64,000 bases of DNA from Octopus sinensis (taxonomy: Eukaryota): positions 109,864,001 through 109,928,000 of the forward strand of contig NC_043001.1 of the NCBI RefSeq assembly GCF_006345805.1, in the 5' to 3' direction. Below, piece after piece: positions 26,051 to 39,546 of this stretch (position 1 is the stretch's first letter; every line of letters begins with the position of its first letter). Position numbers and translations under genes: made by a program. The notes below the pieces were generated by a model that saw nothing but the letters and a program-made list of their open reading frames with translations, was not told the DNA's origin and did no database searches.

Positions 26051-27338
26051 AATATAGGACTCGCTGGTTTTATCTCATACCATCTGTTTCTTCACCTTGT
26101 TCCTTTATCTTTTGTGAGCATCGATGCGTTATTTCCCTTGGTTGCTTCGCAGCTTCGATTTCGTCCAAACATGACGTAAGTATAAAATTTTCAAATTTTA
26201 CAGAAGTGATAAAAAAAAATATATATAAAGTGTTAACAAAACTTTGCTTTTCCTATCGAAAAAGTTTGAAAAGCTATTGAAAAGTTTTACATCTTTTTAC
26301 CTTTGTTTTATTTGGAGCTTAGGTGAAACGAAAAAAATAAAATGTTAATTACAAGATATTTGTAAAAGTGCAATAAAGATCATGTTAGATAAGAAGGTGC
26401 TTCAATGCATTTCTTGCCCATTAAAGTAAAAGAGGAGATACATGTGATATTCTAAATAAATCAATGAAGTGTTTTCTTAGAAAAAGAAATTATGAGAGCA
26501 CGAAAGTAATCAAGAATCATGATAAGGTAATCACTGAACACGTCGACTCCCGACCAGATATTCTAAAGCATTTGACTTAATTTAGTGTGTTGTGGATTTC
26601 ATTAGATACTAATAAACAAGTCATTAGTAATCTTCCCACACAGATGCTTATTTAGTTGATTAATTCAGCGATATATTTTCCCTAATAAGAGATTTAAACA
26701 ATTATTGAAAGATTTTAGATCCGATTATCGTTACTAATAACTATTGATAGATTTGGACGAATATTTAAGTCCTATATATCTATTTAACTTTTATCTTAAA
26801 AATTAAATAAGTTTCTCCATCTTCGTCCAGGAAGATTCCTTCATGTTTTTAGTAAACAAAATGCTTTCACTTGTTGCCCTGGGAAACACACTTTGTAAAT
26901 GAAAACAATTTTTTCCCTTCGAACAGTCATAATTTGATTCCTTTTGAATCGTATCGTCCAAATGCCTTCCGATACGAGCAAAACATAAATATAGATAATG
27001 GTGGTTGTATAGTTATAAATATAAATGTATGTGTGTTGTGTGTGCCTGCGTGAGCATATATAATAGGCATAGCGACGGAAAAGAAAGATAAAGTGAATAT
27101 GACTGTGAGAAAACACTCAAAAATAACAGCCATGCTTGAAACTTAGATGTCTAAAGTGATACAAATAATGTAGCTTTATTCATATACAAAGCAACTCATG
27201 AACGTATAAAACAATCACTTATTAAATTCATACATAGAACGTAAAAGTAACTATGAAAAAAACTAGATAGATAAATAATTGTATAAAAAATGAAATAACA
27301 CAAAAATAACATAAAATAACATAAAATGAAATGAAATA

Positions 27339-27750
27339 TAGGCGGAGGAGAGGCTGTGTGGTAAGTAGCTTGCTTACCAACCACATGATTCCGGGTTCAG
27401 TCCATTGCGTGGTACCTTGGGCAAGTGTCTTCTTCTCTAGCCTCGGGCCGACCAAAGCTTTGTGAGTGGATTTGGTAGACGGAAACTGAAAGAAACAAGT
27501 CGTATATATATATATATATATATATGCGTGTGTATATGTTTGTGTGTCTGTGTTTGTCCCCCCAACATTGCTTGGCAACCGATGCTGGTGTGTTTACGTC
27601 CCCGTAAATTAGCGGTTCGGCGCAAGAGACCGATATAATATGTACTAGGCTTACAAAGAATAAGTCCCGGGGTCGATTTACTCGACTAAAGGCGATGCTC
27701 CAGCATGGCTACAGTCAAATGACTGGAACAAGTAAAAGAGTAAAAGAGTA
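27339..27750 (+). mobile_element. SINE family A
   Basis: Collinear with 18810, 54298 and 62022; (AAAGAGTA)n tail. Confidence 0.9.
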
Positions 27751-28165
27751 ATACATATAGCGTAAAATAAAATAGCCGAACAGAAAGATAACTACAATCA
27801 CTAGGAGACTACTCGTTAGTATCTATTCAACTGATGCGGGGGAAATATTTAAGGGAATGCCCACAAGGAAGCGACGAATATTAACATTTTATAACTGACC
27901 GTAGTCAGTGACCTGATGTGTTCTTAAATGTCTAAGCTTTCTATATCATGAAATATCTTTTATCTTTTACTGTTTTGAGCCAAAAGCTTTAGTGGCTGAC
28001 AGTATGGCTAAGGTCATGTGTGAGAGAGTCATCAAAAACAGTAATGGCCTCATTCCAGTTTCTTAATGGCTTCTGCTGAGAATTGATGTCTTCTCAAAAA
28101 GAGCGTCGTTGGATGACACAGACATCTACTGTTCAAAAATCAGGGAACCACTCTGAGGGAGAGAG

Positions 28166-28228
<63 letters not shown>

Positions 28229-28574
28229 ATTATGCGGACAAACAAATCAGACAAATTTATTATATGTTATATATTTAATGAGTATGATGTGTATATCAGT
28301 ATAATTGTCTCTATACACGGTCAGCTTGATCCCTCTTACGGCCTACCTTTACCTTGTGGAGTCGATCCCCTGTAGACAGATCGGATTCTAAGTTTGAATC
28401 TTTTGAACACTGAGTATTGTCTATATGAAGAATCTCTGGATCTCACCTGTCGATTATAAATCTGTGTGTGTATCTATGTATATCTATCTATATCTATATC
28501 TATCTATCTATATAGATATGTGTGTGTGTGTGTGCATATATATGTTTGTGTTTGTGTATGTGTATATATATATA

Positions 28575-28913
28575 TATGTGTGTTAAGTCCTCGTTAAAGG
28601 CCTTTGATATGCAGGACACTGACTGGGAGAACAATGCCTGTCGTCGCCACAAATGGAGGAAGCAGGTTAAGGAGGGGATCGACACTTTTGAGAGAGCACG
28701 TATTCAGCATGAAGAACTTAGGCGAGCTGTGCGAAAGCGCACGGCTCGTATAGTGAATGGGGAAAGCTTGGTCTGCAATGTTTGCAGTCGTGTGTGCTTG
28801 TCAAGAGCAGGGCTCATTAGCCACCAACGGAGCCGCAAATGCGAAATATAAGTTAGTCCTAACACAATGTTCCTGAAGGTCGGCAATGGTCTTCCTCGGT
28901 CACGAGTGGACGA

Positions 28914-28920
<7 letters not shown>
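28575..28920 (+). pseudogene. 5'-truncated RTE-clade LINE 3' end with C-terminal zinc-finger-like motif
   Basis: KSSLKAFDMQDTDWENNACRRHKWRKQVKEGIDTFE...CNVCSRVCLSRAGLISHQRS matches RTE ORF C-termini. A short 3' UTR ending GGACGACCATCAT runs into (TA)n. Confidence 0.8.
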
Positions 28921-28987
<67 letters not shown>

Positions 28988-29266
28988 TAAAACAGCAGCG
29001 CACCAGGAAGTTACAATCAATTGTATTTGTTGTGTAATAGTGTTGGTTGTCGCATTAATTTTCTTTATTCGTATTTTACTTATACTTGATATTTGTGCAT
29101 ATTCAAGGGCCAGAGGATAGATGACTTGTTGCGGTCTTGCATCAGAAGAAGATGCGTTAAGTAATGCAAATGCTACGCCAAATGAGTTAATATTTGTAGC
29201 ACAAGTAGACGCAGATATTTATTTGATGGATTAATTTGGTAGAAGTAGTGGGCTTGAAATGTCTTC

Positions 29267-29313
<47 letters not shown>

Positions 29314-29529
29314 GGGGGGAGGCGATGAGAAACTATGACTCTGAGAGGAGCTTACAGTTCTACTTTGTGTCACTAAACTAGATCCAGAATGATATGTCAC
29401 AACAATAAACAAACCAAAGTGAGAGAATCGTGGCAACGATGTAAAAAGATATGAGTTTGGAAGAACGCGAGTTTAGATTTGAAATAGATTTGAGAAGTCT
29501 GATGATCCAAATGACAGCGAAAATAAAAA

Positions 29530-29760
29530 AAATGTCCAGAAAGACCACAGTGATGATAATGATGATGGCACCATCATCCTTCTCGCCTTCTTCATCCTCC
29601 TCCACCTCCTCCTCCTCCTCATCTTCATCATCATTATCACGGCAGTAGCGGAATCAATAGCATGATCATCCTTTATCGTCGTTATCGCCCTGGAGATAGT
29701 AACCACAAATACGATCCCGACAGTGATGAGGAAGATAACAACTATGTCAACATTTGTTAG
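29530..29760. repeat. Degenerate GAT/CCT/CAT trinucleotide low-complexity region
   Basis: Direct reading. Confidence 0.75.
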
Positions 29761-30070
29761 CTTTAGAATCTCACAAAGATAACTGTTAGGAGAAGGAATA
29801 TGAGAAAATGAAATTAACCAGAAGCTACATGAGACGATACATCCACACGAACACACTCACGCACGCACGCACGCACGCAGTGATACATATTAAAGTTTTG
29901 GTTAGGCATAAAGATACTAATAACCTGGTGTTAGAACAGAATTTACCAATGCTTCAGAATAAAGCATTAGCCGAGTATGGAGTGTAATATGAACTTTAAA
30001 GAAATGACAAGAGAACAAGACGTACGTAATCAATTTCATATACATGAACGTATGTATATATATATATATA

Positions 30071-30144
<74 letters not shown>

Positions 30145-31214
30145 GTATGTATATATACATATATGTATATATATATATATGATATAAATAATATATATAT
30201 ATATAAGCATATATACACGCATACATGGGCATGCCTACATATACATGTATATATAGATGAATATATGGGTCCAGGACGTCAAAAATACGTGAACAAGATG
30301 AGAAACGAGATAGGCAACATAAAGTACATTCTCTTCATCAGTTGCCCCTGTTTTATCTACTCCGCGTTCGATGGTAAGGACAAGACGCGACTTCGTTGAA
30401 ACAGTTATTCCCACAAAGTAAATTATATAAAATTTGAGATTTTTTGCGGAGGGTTAAAGTGGTAACAAAAACAGAACTGTAAGAAGTAAACAGTAAAAAC
30501 AAACGGTGAGGGTTGTTAAGCGATAACGAGGTGAAGTCGTGGACGCTGGAAAAACGAGCTTAGGATTGTAAAATCAATGATAAGCAGTGTTTTTATGGGA
30601 AAAAATATCAGTTACTACTATGATATTGTTGATGAAACTTGTTCTTTGTCTACCTATTTACTCCCTTTGTGATTTTGGTTAATGGAATAACTGTAAAAAT
30701 GAATCTTTTAAATTTAACTAAATTCTATATTTTTTATGCAGCTGAAGATTGCTCTACATTTTAAAACTGATGTAATACTTGCATTGTTCAATTAAATGGG
30801 GTTGCATGAAACGATCGTACTGCATTACCTCTGGATATCCTTGTTGCTTATTTTGATTATAATCACCACATTTTGAATTATATGGATAATGCCATACCAA
30901 ATGAACACAAGCGTCTGCTTGTGTTCATCAATTTCGTCCTTCACCTTGGCCAAAATCAGCTGATGAAAACGAACGAAATAAGAACAAGGAACTCTTCGCC
31001 ATCCATCATAACAATAAAAAGTCCTCGAAATCGTCCTTCTTCTGCAATTTGTCTTTTCTTTCAAACTTTACTTCAAACTTCTTATAATCTCTCTCTCTCT
31101 CTATGTCTCTCTCTCTCTCGGTTTCCTTTATTATTTTCATCTTTCTCTCTCTCCGTTCCCTTTAACGTTTTCACTCGTCCTAATACATCTCATTATTCCA
31201 TCTCCGCAGGAAAA

Positions 31215-32598
31215 CTTTCATGCATTTATTGACACAGCATCATAGCCATCGACATCACCATCATCATTATCATCATCATCATCATCATCATCACCATCTT
31301 CCTCCTCACCCTCACCCTCCTATTCTTCTCTTCCGCTACTTCTACTGCTCCTCCTTCTTCTTCTTTTTCTTCCTTCTACTTCTTCTTTTCTTCTTTTTCT
31401 TTTTCTTCTTCTTCCTCCTCCTCCTGCTCCTCCTCCTCATTTTCTTCTTCTCTTCCTCCACTCCTTCTGCTTCCTTTTCTTCTTTTTCTTCATTTTCTTT
31501 TTCAACTTTCTTCAAGTTCTTCGTACTCTTACTCTCCTTCCTCATCTTCTTTTATTTCTTCTTCAATTTCTTCTTCTGCTCCTTTTTCAATTTCTTCAAT
31601 TTCTTCTTCATCTTATTTTTCCATTTCTTCTTCTTCTAGTTCTCCTCCTCCTTCTCCTCCTCCGCCGCCCCTTCTGTTTCTTTTTATCCTCCTCTTCCTC
31701 TCCTTTCTCTTCTTCTTCTGCTTCCTCTTCTTCTGCTTCTTCTTCTTCTTCTTCTTCTCCTTCACAACCCCCCCCACTCGAATCATGTGTATCGTACTCA
31801 TTCGCCACCAGAACATTTCTCTTCTCTTAACTGACTCACATCACCCCCACCCCCACCATCCACCATCCCCCACCATCACTGCTTTTCTTTACTCCCCCTC
31901 AATACTGCTTACCTGCTAAGTCGATATCATTGACCCCAGTGTTCAGGTGATACCTTTTTTTTAAACGTCCCACCCCCACCCCCACCGAAAGGATGAAAGG
32001 CAACGTCGACCTCGGCAGACTTTGAACTCAAGAGCACAAAGACGGACGAAATGCCACGACGTATTCTGCCCGTCGCCGTAACGATTCTACCAGCTCACTG
32101 AAGCAGCAGCAGCAGCCGCAGTAGTAGTATTGCAGGATGATATGTGTGTAGTATTTACTTGTTATACCACTATTGCTCCTGGTGATGCAGCTACTACTAC
32201 TACTACTACTGCTACTACTACTACTACTACTACTACTTACTACTACTCCCAATACTACTTTTACCACCACCAACACCACCACTGCAACCATCATACCACC
32301 ATACCACTATCACAACTACTACAGCTACTACTACTATGACGACCACCACCACTGCTACTACAACCAGCACCACCACCATCTACACCTCTAATACTACTAC
32401 TTCTACTACTACCAACAACAACAACACCACTACTCTTTCCTTACTACTATTTATACCCACCACCGCTACTACAACCACCACCACCACCACCATAACCACC
32501 GCTACTACTTACTCCTGCTATTACTACAACCTCGTTTGCCTTAATACTACTTTTACCACCACTACCACCACCACCATCACCATCACCACCGCCGCCAT

Positions 32599-32635
<37 letters not shown>

Positions 32636-33030
32636 GCTACTACTACTACTACAACGAGGACGATGGCGGCGAATTCAACAACGCTGACGATGATGACGTC
32701 CATGACACCCACGCAGGAAGGGACACCAATGATTTATTTCTTTACTTTATTTCTTATTTCTTTATTTTTTTGTTGTTTTTATCTCGCGGCCTAGGTGACA
32801 AGTTGCTTTTGAGAGACAATAAACGAAAGATAGAATGGCGACGACGGCGGCGGCGGCAACGAGCACGACCAGGGCGGCGACGAGGAAGGCGGCGCCGATC
32901 GCAAAAATCCACGATGATGACGGTGATTATAAAACAATGCTGAGAGCAATGATGTGCTGTAGGCGGCGGCGGCGGTGGCGGTGGTGGTGGTGGAGGTGGC
33001 GGTGTTGAGAAAATTGATGATGATGTGAGA
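31215..33030. repeat. Trinucleotide-repeat cluster: (CAT)n, long (CTT/CCT)n, (CTA/CCA)n, (GGC/GGT)n
   Basis: Direct reading; the source of the poly-H/F/T/V pseudo-ORFs. Confidence 0.9.
31915..32103 (-). mobile_element. SINE family B, diverged
   Basis: CCGAAAGGATGAAAGGCAACGTCGACCTCGGCAGACTTTGAACTC core. Confidence 0.75.
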
Positions 33031-33730
33031 GCGATAGAGAAAAATGAGGAGATGGAGCTGGTGCGGTGGGTGGGAGACGTGAAAGTTTTCCTCTATATAT
33101 ATATATATATATACATATATATTTTCTTTATATCTTTACTTTTGCAAATGAAAGAAAAATCAGTCAAAATCAGATCGAGGCTAAAGCTGTTCCAGCAATT
33201 GTTTTCTACCCCACTATTCATCCATGTGACGCAACGAAATTCTGTTGCGGTCCGGTAGGAATCACCATTTTAAGCAAAATATCAACATCGCCAACGATAT
33301 TACTGCTTCCCATAATTACAACACAAACTACAACAATACAAAAAAATCATGCATTCTACACTTTCATTAGCCACACAGCAACAGTAATACAACCGACAGC
33401 AGTAATTTCTAACAAAAAGCAATCACAATACGAAATGTTTGTTACTATCCAGCTACGCACCTAGTCGCCATTCAGTAAAAAATTGACCAATGAAATTACT
33501 GCGTGAATTAACCAATGAAACGATAGGAAATGTCTAGCAACCACTACCACAAAAATGAAGACTACTACCGCTAAAACCGCCACTATCACCACATTTATTA
33601 CTATTACTGTGTACCACAACTACCGCTACTATCTTTGATAAATTGATTTTTTTTTCTCTCAGCCTGTTCCCCCTTTACTCGCGCGTCCCATCCATTTTCG
33701 GTGAGAAATACGTAAAACCACCGCCACCGT

Positions 33731-33770
<40 letters not shown>

Positions 33771-33771
33771 G

Positions 33772-33810
<39 letters not shown>

Positions 33811-34293
33811 TGATGACGGCGACGGCGACGAGCTAAAGGAGAAGCAAGACACCGACAACTGTTGCGATTAAAACGCATCATGGTTCGTCCTGTTTCACTT
33901 ACTCCCTCCGTATACTCCGTAACTCCTACTGGCCTGCGTGTTCGGTTTTACTGCTAATCGTGAATCAGTGAAATAATAATAATATCACAATCTCCACCAC
34001 TGTAGAATGGTATAGCAGAACACATTAACTATACACTCGCATTATTTTTGCAGACAACCACCCACACGTTTGAACAGGGAAAAAGAATAAAAAAAAACAC
34101 ACACACACAACACACGCAAATGCATGTGCATCCTAACACATTTACCAACGCTTGCAGCAAACAAACGATTCTGCATGCATGCGCCTACATGTATGAGTAC
34201 AGAGAAGCAGAGAGAGGCAGGCAGACAGACAGACACACATAAATATAAGTTAATATATCTGTGTGTGTATAAAGATATATGTATGTATATGTG

Positions 34294-34396
<103 letters not shown>

Positions 34397-34519
34397 TACG
34401 TATATTTATAATATATATATATATAGGGAAATTTCACAAAAAAATGAAAGACGAAGATAGGTGTTGTAGACAACAAATAGAGTTATGTATGTATATATAT
34501 ATATATATATATATAATAT

Positions 34520-34600
34520 GTTACATTACTCGGTAGTCAAGATAAAACTCTGAGTTTCAGATGCCGAAGTGGAAATCCACAACACCATCAGCTCTCTTTC
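34520..34600 (-). mobile_element. Diverged relative of the 34737 palindromic element
   Basis: CGGTAGTCAAGATAAAACTCTGAGTTTCAGATGCCG aligns with CGGTAGCCATGATAAAACTCCGAGTTTCGGATGTCG at 34760-34795. Confidence 0.65.
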
Positions 34601-34626
34601 TTTCTTTTGTTATCTTACCGTTTTAT

Positions 34627-34670
<44 letters not shown>

Positions 34671-34736
34671 TATTAATAGAAATGGTAAGAAAGCAAGGGA
34701 ATGAAAGATATTATGTAAATAGAGGAACTTATCTAT

Positions 34737-34884
34737 AAAAATAATATGTGGCAATTATTCGGTAGCCATGATAAAACTCCGAGTTTCGGATGTCGGGGCA
34801 GAAAGCCACGCCGGCATGAAGAGATGCCGGCGTGGGTTTCTGCCCCGACATCCGAAACTCGAATAATTGTCACATATTATTTTT
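34737..34884. mobile_element. GC-rich palindrome with a hammerhead-like remnant
   Basis: 38-bp stem 34780-34817 / 34824-34861 (1 mismatch) with loop GAAGAG; outer arms 34737-34761 / 34860-34884. Contains TGAAGA-GATG...CATC-CGAAAC. Confidence 0.7.
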
Positions 34885-34931
<47 letters not shown>

Positions 34932-35026
34932 CATACATATAAATATATAATATATAAACATATATATATAATATATGCGTGTGCAGGTGTGTGTGTATAA
35001 AGTTATATGTATGTATGCATACATGC

Positions 35027-35072
<46 letters not shown>

Positions 35073-35642
35073 ATACATGTATATATATATAATATATATT
35101 TGTATAAGTAAATATATATATAAAGAAAACATACTTATATACACATAAATATATATGTGTGCGTGTGTGTATGTGTGTGTGTGATATGTATGTGTAGACG
35201 AGCATGCGTGTATATTACACGTTAAATACACTATTTCCAATTACCTCTTGTCCCACTAGCATCAATGATGTTCCTAACATGACTAACTAGACTTTCATCT
35301 TATCAGTCATAATTCTCATAAAATTATTTCAATAAATTTTTCTAATTCTTAAGTGTCTCTTTATTTTTATACATATCTGTGTGTGTGTGTGTGTGCGTGC
35401 GTCTGTGTGTTTGTGTGTACAAAGGTGTGTATATACACGAGCATACACGTAGATGCTTCGGAAAAGTATCTCAAGAATGCAACAAACAGTATCTAAGTTC
35501 AAGTAAAAGTTAAGAAAGTGCTCAATGAAAACTGATAGGGGCCACGATATCCTGAACTAGATTTCAGTAAACTCATTACAGAAACTACTCTCCCACTCTC
35601 TCTAACTCTCTCTTAAAATCACTATTTTTCTGGCTTCGATTG

Positions 35643-35720
<78 letters not shown>

Positions 35721-35759
35721 CATATGTGTGTGCGTGTATATATATATATATACATGTGT

Positions 35760-35793
<34 letters not shown>

Positions 35794-35998
35794 TGAATAT
35801 ATACGGACATTCATACAGACGCACGGTCGAGTGCCCGCGTACACTAGAACGCGCAAACACGTACAAACGAATAAATCTATTGTGTGCCTACTTCAATAAA
35901 ATGTTAGATGTATGGAACTTTAACTGTATAAAATAATATATTTTGAAATATATATCTCCTGTGTTTCATCCACCTACCACACGCACACGAACACACAC

Positions 35999-36060
<62 letters not shown>

Positions 36061-36069
36061 ATATATATT

Positions 36070-36328
36070 GTGTGTGTGTGGTGTGTGTTTATTTATATGT
36101 GTGTGTGTGTGTATGTTTCTGTGTTTGTGCTTGTCCCCCCAAAATCACTTGACAACCGATGCTGGTGTGTTTATGTCCCCGTAACGTAGCGGTTCGGCAA
36201 AATAGACCGATAGAATAAGTACTAGGCTTACAAGAATAAGTCTTGGGGTCGATTTGCTCGACTAAAGGCGGTACTCCAGCATGGCCACAGTCAAATGCCT
36301 GAAACAAGTAAAAGAGTAAGAATAAAGA

Positions 36329-36330
<2 letters not shown>
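36070..36330 (+). mobile_element. SINE family A, 3' half
   Basis: ACAACCGATGCTGGTGTG...GACTAAAGGCGGTACTCCAGCATGGCCACAGTC. Confidence 0.85.
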
Positions 36331-36394
<64 letters not shown>

Positions 36395-37351
36395 TTGATG
36401 CATGTATATATATATGTATATGCATTTATGCATGTATATATACACACACTCACACACATATACCTATATGCATATATATATATCATATACATACACACAC
36501 ACACACACACACATATATATGATACACAGACAAGCGCATATATGTACACACACACACATACAGTGCCATAGTAAGAGATTTCTCGTCCTTTCCTCAATTC
36601 ATTCTTTCGTTCCACTATATGCTCCGGAATTACACGAAATACACCAGTATATACACATGTCCATATATGGAAATAATGGGATAGTCTCTCTTTCATTTAA
36701 TATCAAAAGCGTTTCTCTCTGTATGAATTTACAACAACAAAATCAGTAAGAACATCCCACAAGCGTATGTAGCAAAAACGAAAGTAAATATGCAGAGTAA
36801 TATACACGTGTTGTGTGCATGAGGTTTGGTTTGTATGTGTGTGTGAGTGTCTGTGTATTTATCGCTATGAATTCATGCATGTATATACAAGTATGCATAT
36901 ATGCAAGCTTGTATATACTCGCAAATCTGTAGATATACATTATGCATATGTATATATATATATAATGATAGAAAGAAAATAATATATGCCGCTAGTAGAT
37001 TTTATTGGTATAAGTGTTACTAGTAAACACACGTATGCATTGAACGACGCCGTGCCTCTCTGTAACTATTATAGATGTTTACCTGATACATAGATATACA
37101 TGAGTGTTTCTCTCTGTGTGTGTGTGTGTGTGTGTGTTGTGTGTGTATTGGGTGGTTGTGTGTGAATGTGTGCGCGTGTGTATACAGATCCTGCTTTAAT
37201 ATACGCATATATTCCGAGATCAATTATTAGCAAACAAACTGGTGCTTGCTTTATTTTCATGTATTTTTCACTTATGAATTCTTTGTCAGATATAAGTACA
37301 TGTGTGTGTACGCGCGTACGTATTGATGTATGTACATATGTATATATATAT

Positions 37352-37406
<55 letters not shown>

Positions 37407-37637
37407 TGCATGAATATATGTAATACATGCGTTTGTGTATATGTAGCTTCAAGTGTGCATATCAGTATTAACGTATATTATTGTATTCGAGTAAAACGAT
37501 AGCTATGTCTCTCAGAAAGACAACGAACGTTATCACCAACCGCAAAACCACATAAAAAACACCCACGTCTTCTGACTGCACACACAACAACGCGTGTGAA
37601 CATACGAACACATACGCCCACGCACACACGCACATAT

Positions 37638-37675
<38 letters not shown>

Positions 37676-37979
37676 GGAATACATATATATATATATAATA
37701 TATATATAAATGTATATACATACACTTATACACATGAATATACTAGTGCGTAGGCGTGTGTGTATGCGTGTGTACATAGAGACAACCTATCTTCTCTATA
37801 TCGGAAAATGTAAGCAAACATAGATTGAAAGAATATACAACTAGAAAAATCACAATTGTAGCTTTCTAACGAACGACCAAGATCAATAAGTAACATCTAT
37901 AATCTTATAAGGAAGAAGAAATGTCCAGGTTTCGTGCCCCACCATATCCTCTCATATTAATCACCATTCGTAATATCAC

Positions 37980-38215
37980 TGTGGCGTACTGGCCGAACCG
38001 TTATCACGTCGGACAAAACGTATAGAAGCGTTTCGTTAAGTCTTCACGTTCTGCGTTCAAATGCCACTGCGGCCGACTTTGTTCTTCATGCTTCGGGTTC
38101 GACAGAATAAAAATAAGTATTAATTAAAACCATACGGCTGAGGAAATCGACTTCTCCCCACCCACTCGATATTGTGGCCTTGCGCCAAAATTTGAAACCA
38201 TCATTTGAATATAGG
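37980..38215 (+). mobile_element. Old, diverged SINE family B copy
   Basis: Degenerate ACGTTCTGCGTTCAAAT...GTGGCCTTGCGCCAAAATTTGAAACC. Confidence 0.5.
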
Positions 38216-38650
38216 TGCAGTATGATTGAATGGTTGCCAATCATGATGTTTCTGGATCAAATCCTACTATGGAACATATTAGGATATTGAAAAATCTTCC
38301 TTAGCCTCTGGTGAAGCGTTCCAAGTGAGTGAAGTAGGTTCGAGGAAATATGTAGAAATGTAAATGGTATAGATTGTACCTGTTATTCGAAAGCTACACC
38401 CTTGCCACACATTGTGAGTTGCGAATTCCACAAGAATGTTAGGGATATTCTTATCTCTGGATAAACCCAGTAACCTGGAATTAAATCAGGAGCAGGAGAG
38501 TTGGCTCAAGTATTTGAACGCTCACCTTCAATCGAGGGTAATACGCCACCACCACCACCAGTAACAACAACACCATCTCCACCGCCATCGACTCATTGTT
38601 ATTTGCATTATCAGTAACCTTACTAATATTAATATCATTATGGCCAAGAA

Positions 38651-39048
38651 GAAGCCGACGTGCTGGCAGAACCGTTAACTCGCCGGGCGAAATGCTTAGC
38701 GGTATTTCGTCTGCCGTCACGTTCAGAGTTCAAATTCCGCCGAGGTCATCTTTGCCTTTCATCCTTTCGAGGTCGATAAATTAAGTACCAGTACGCACTG
38801 GGGTCGATATAATCGACTTAATCCGTTTGTCTCTCCTTGTTTGTCCTCTCTGTGTTTAGCCCCTTGTGGGTAGTAAAGAAATAGGTATTTCGACCGTCCT
38901 TATGTTCGGATTTCAAATATCTTCGAGGTTGACTTTGCCTTTCAGCCTTTCGGGGTAGGTAAAATAAATACCAGTTGTGCACTTGGGTCAATGTAATCGA
39001 CTTACCCTCCCCACATATTTCTGGCCTTGTGCCTATGGTAGAAAGGGA
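38651..39048 (+). mobile_element. SINE family B, two units
   Basis: Head CGCCGGGCGAAATGCTTAGCGG followed by two core units. Confidence 0.85.
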
Positions 39049-39546
39049 TATTTCTGCTTCTATTTCCTACAACATAGTCAAATATATTACACTGGTTTTG
39101 GTCTTACAATAGATACCTCGCTTCTTTGAAATGTTTCCTATTCTTTCTTCGAACTGAAGTATCGATTAGGTGTTTATTTTCCCTTGGAGAAAATTACTGC
39201 ATGTAAGAATCCTGACTATCCAAAATCTTGCCCCAGTTGTTTGTAACAGTATATTCTGAAAGATTTAGTCGAATGTTCGACTATTTTCTGTAAATATTAT
39301 ACACTAATGGCTCTCTTCTCGGCATACGAAATAAACATTATGTGAATGCATAATCTCTCATCGCATTTCTCTAGTCGAGGGCTAGAGTTCGAATGAACGA
39401 CGCTGTCTTTTATTTTTTCTTTCAATATTGCCTTATCTTCAAGTCACACACCTAGCTGTACCCATATTTAGATAAGATGAGGCATCAACATATAATATGT
39501 TGCTTTATTTATTTACGCTTACCGTGTGCCCTGCAGTACCATCTTC

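Noticed and set aside
30313-30346. Minus-strand GGCAA-CTGATGA...TTGCC hammerhead-like motif
   Set aside because: Stem I complementarity exists, but there is no stem II and no GAAA.
32336-32794. 152-aa Thr-rich mucin-like ORF
   Set aside because: It lies wholly in a degenerate (CTA/CCA)n tract with no splice or domain evidence.
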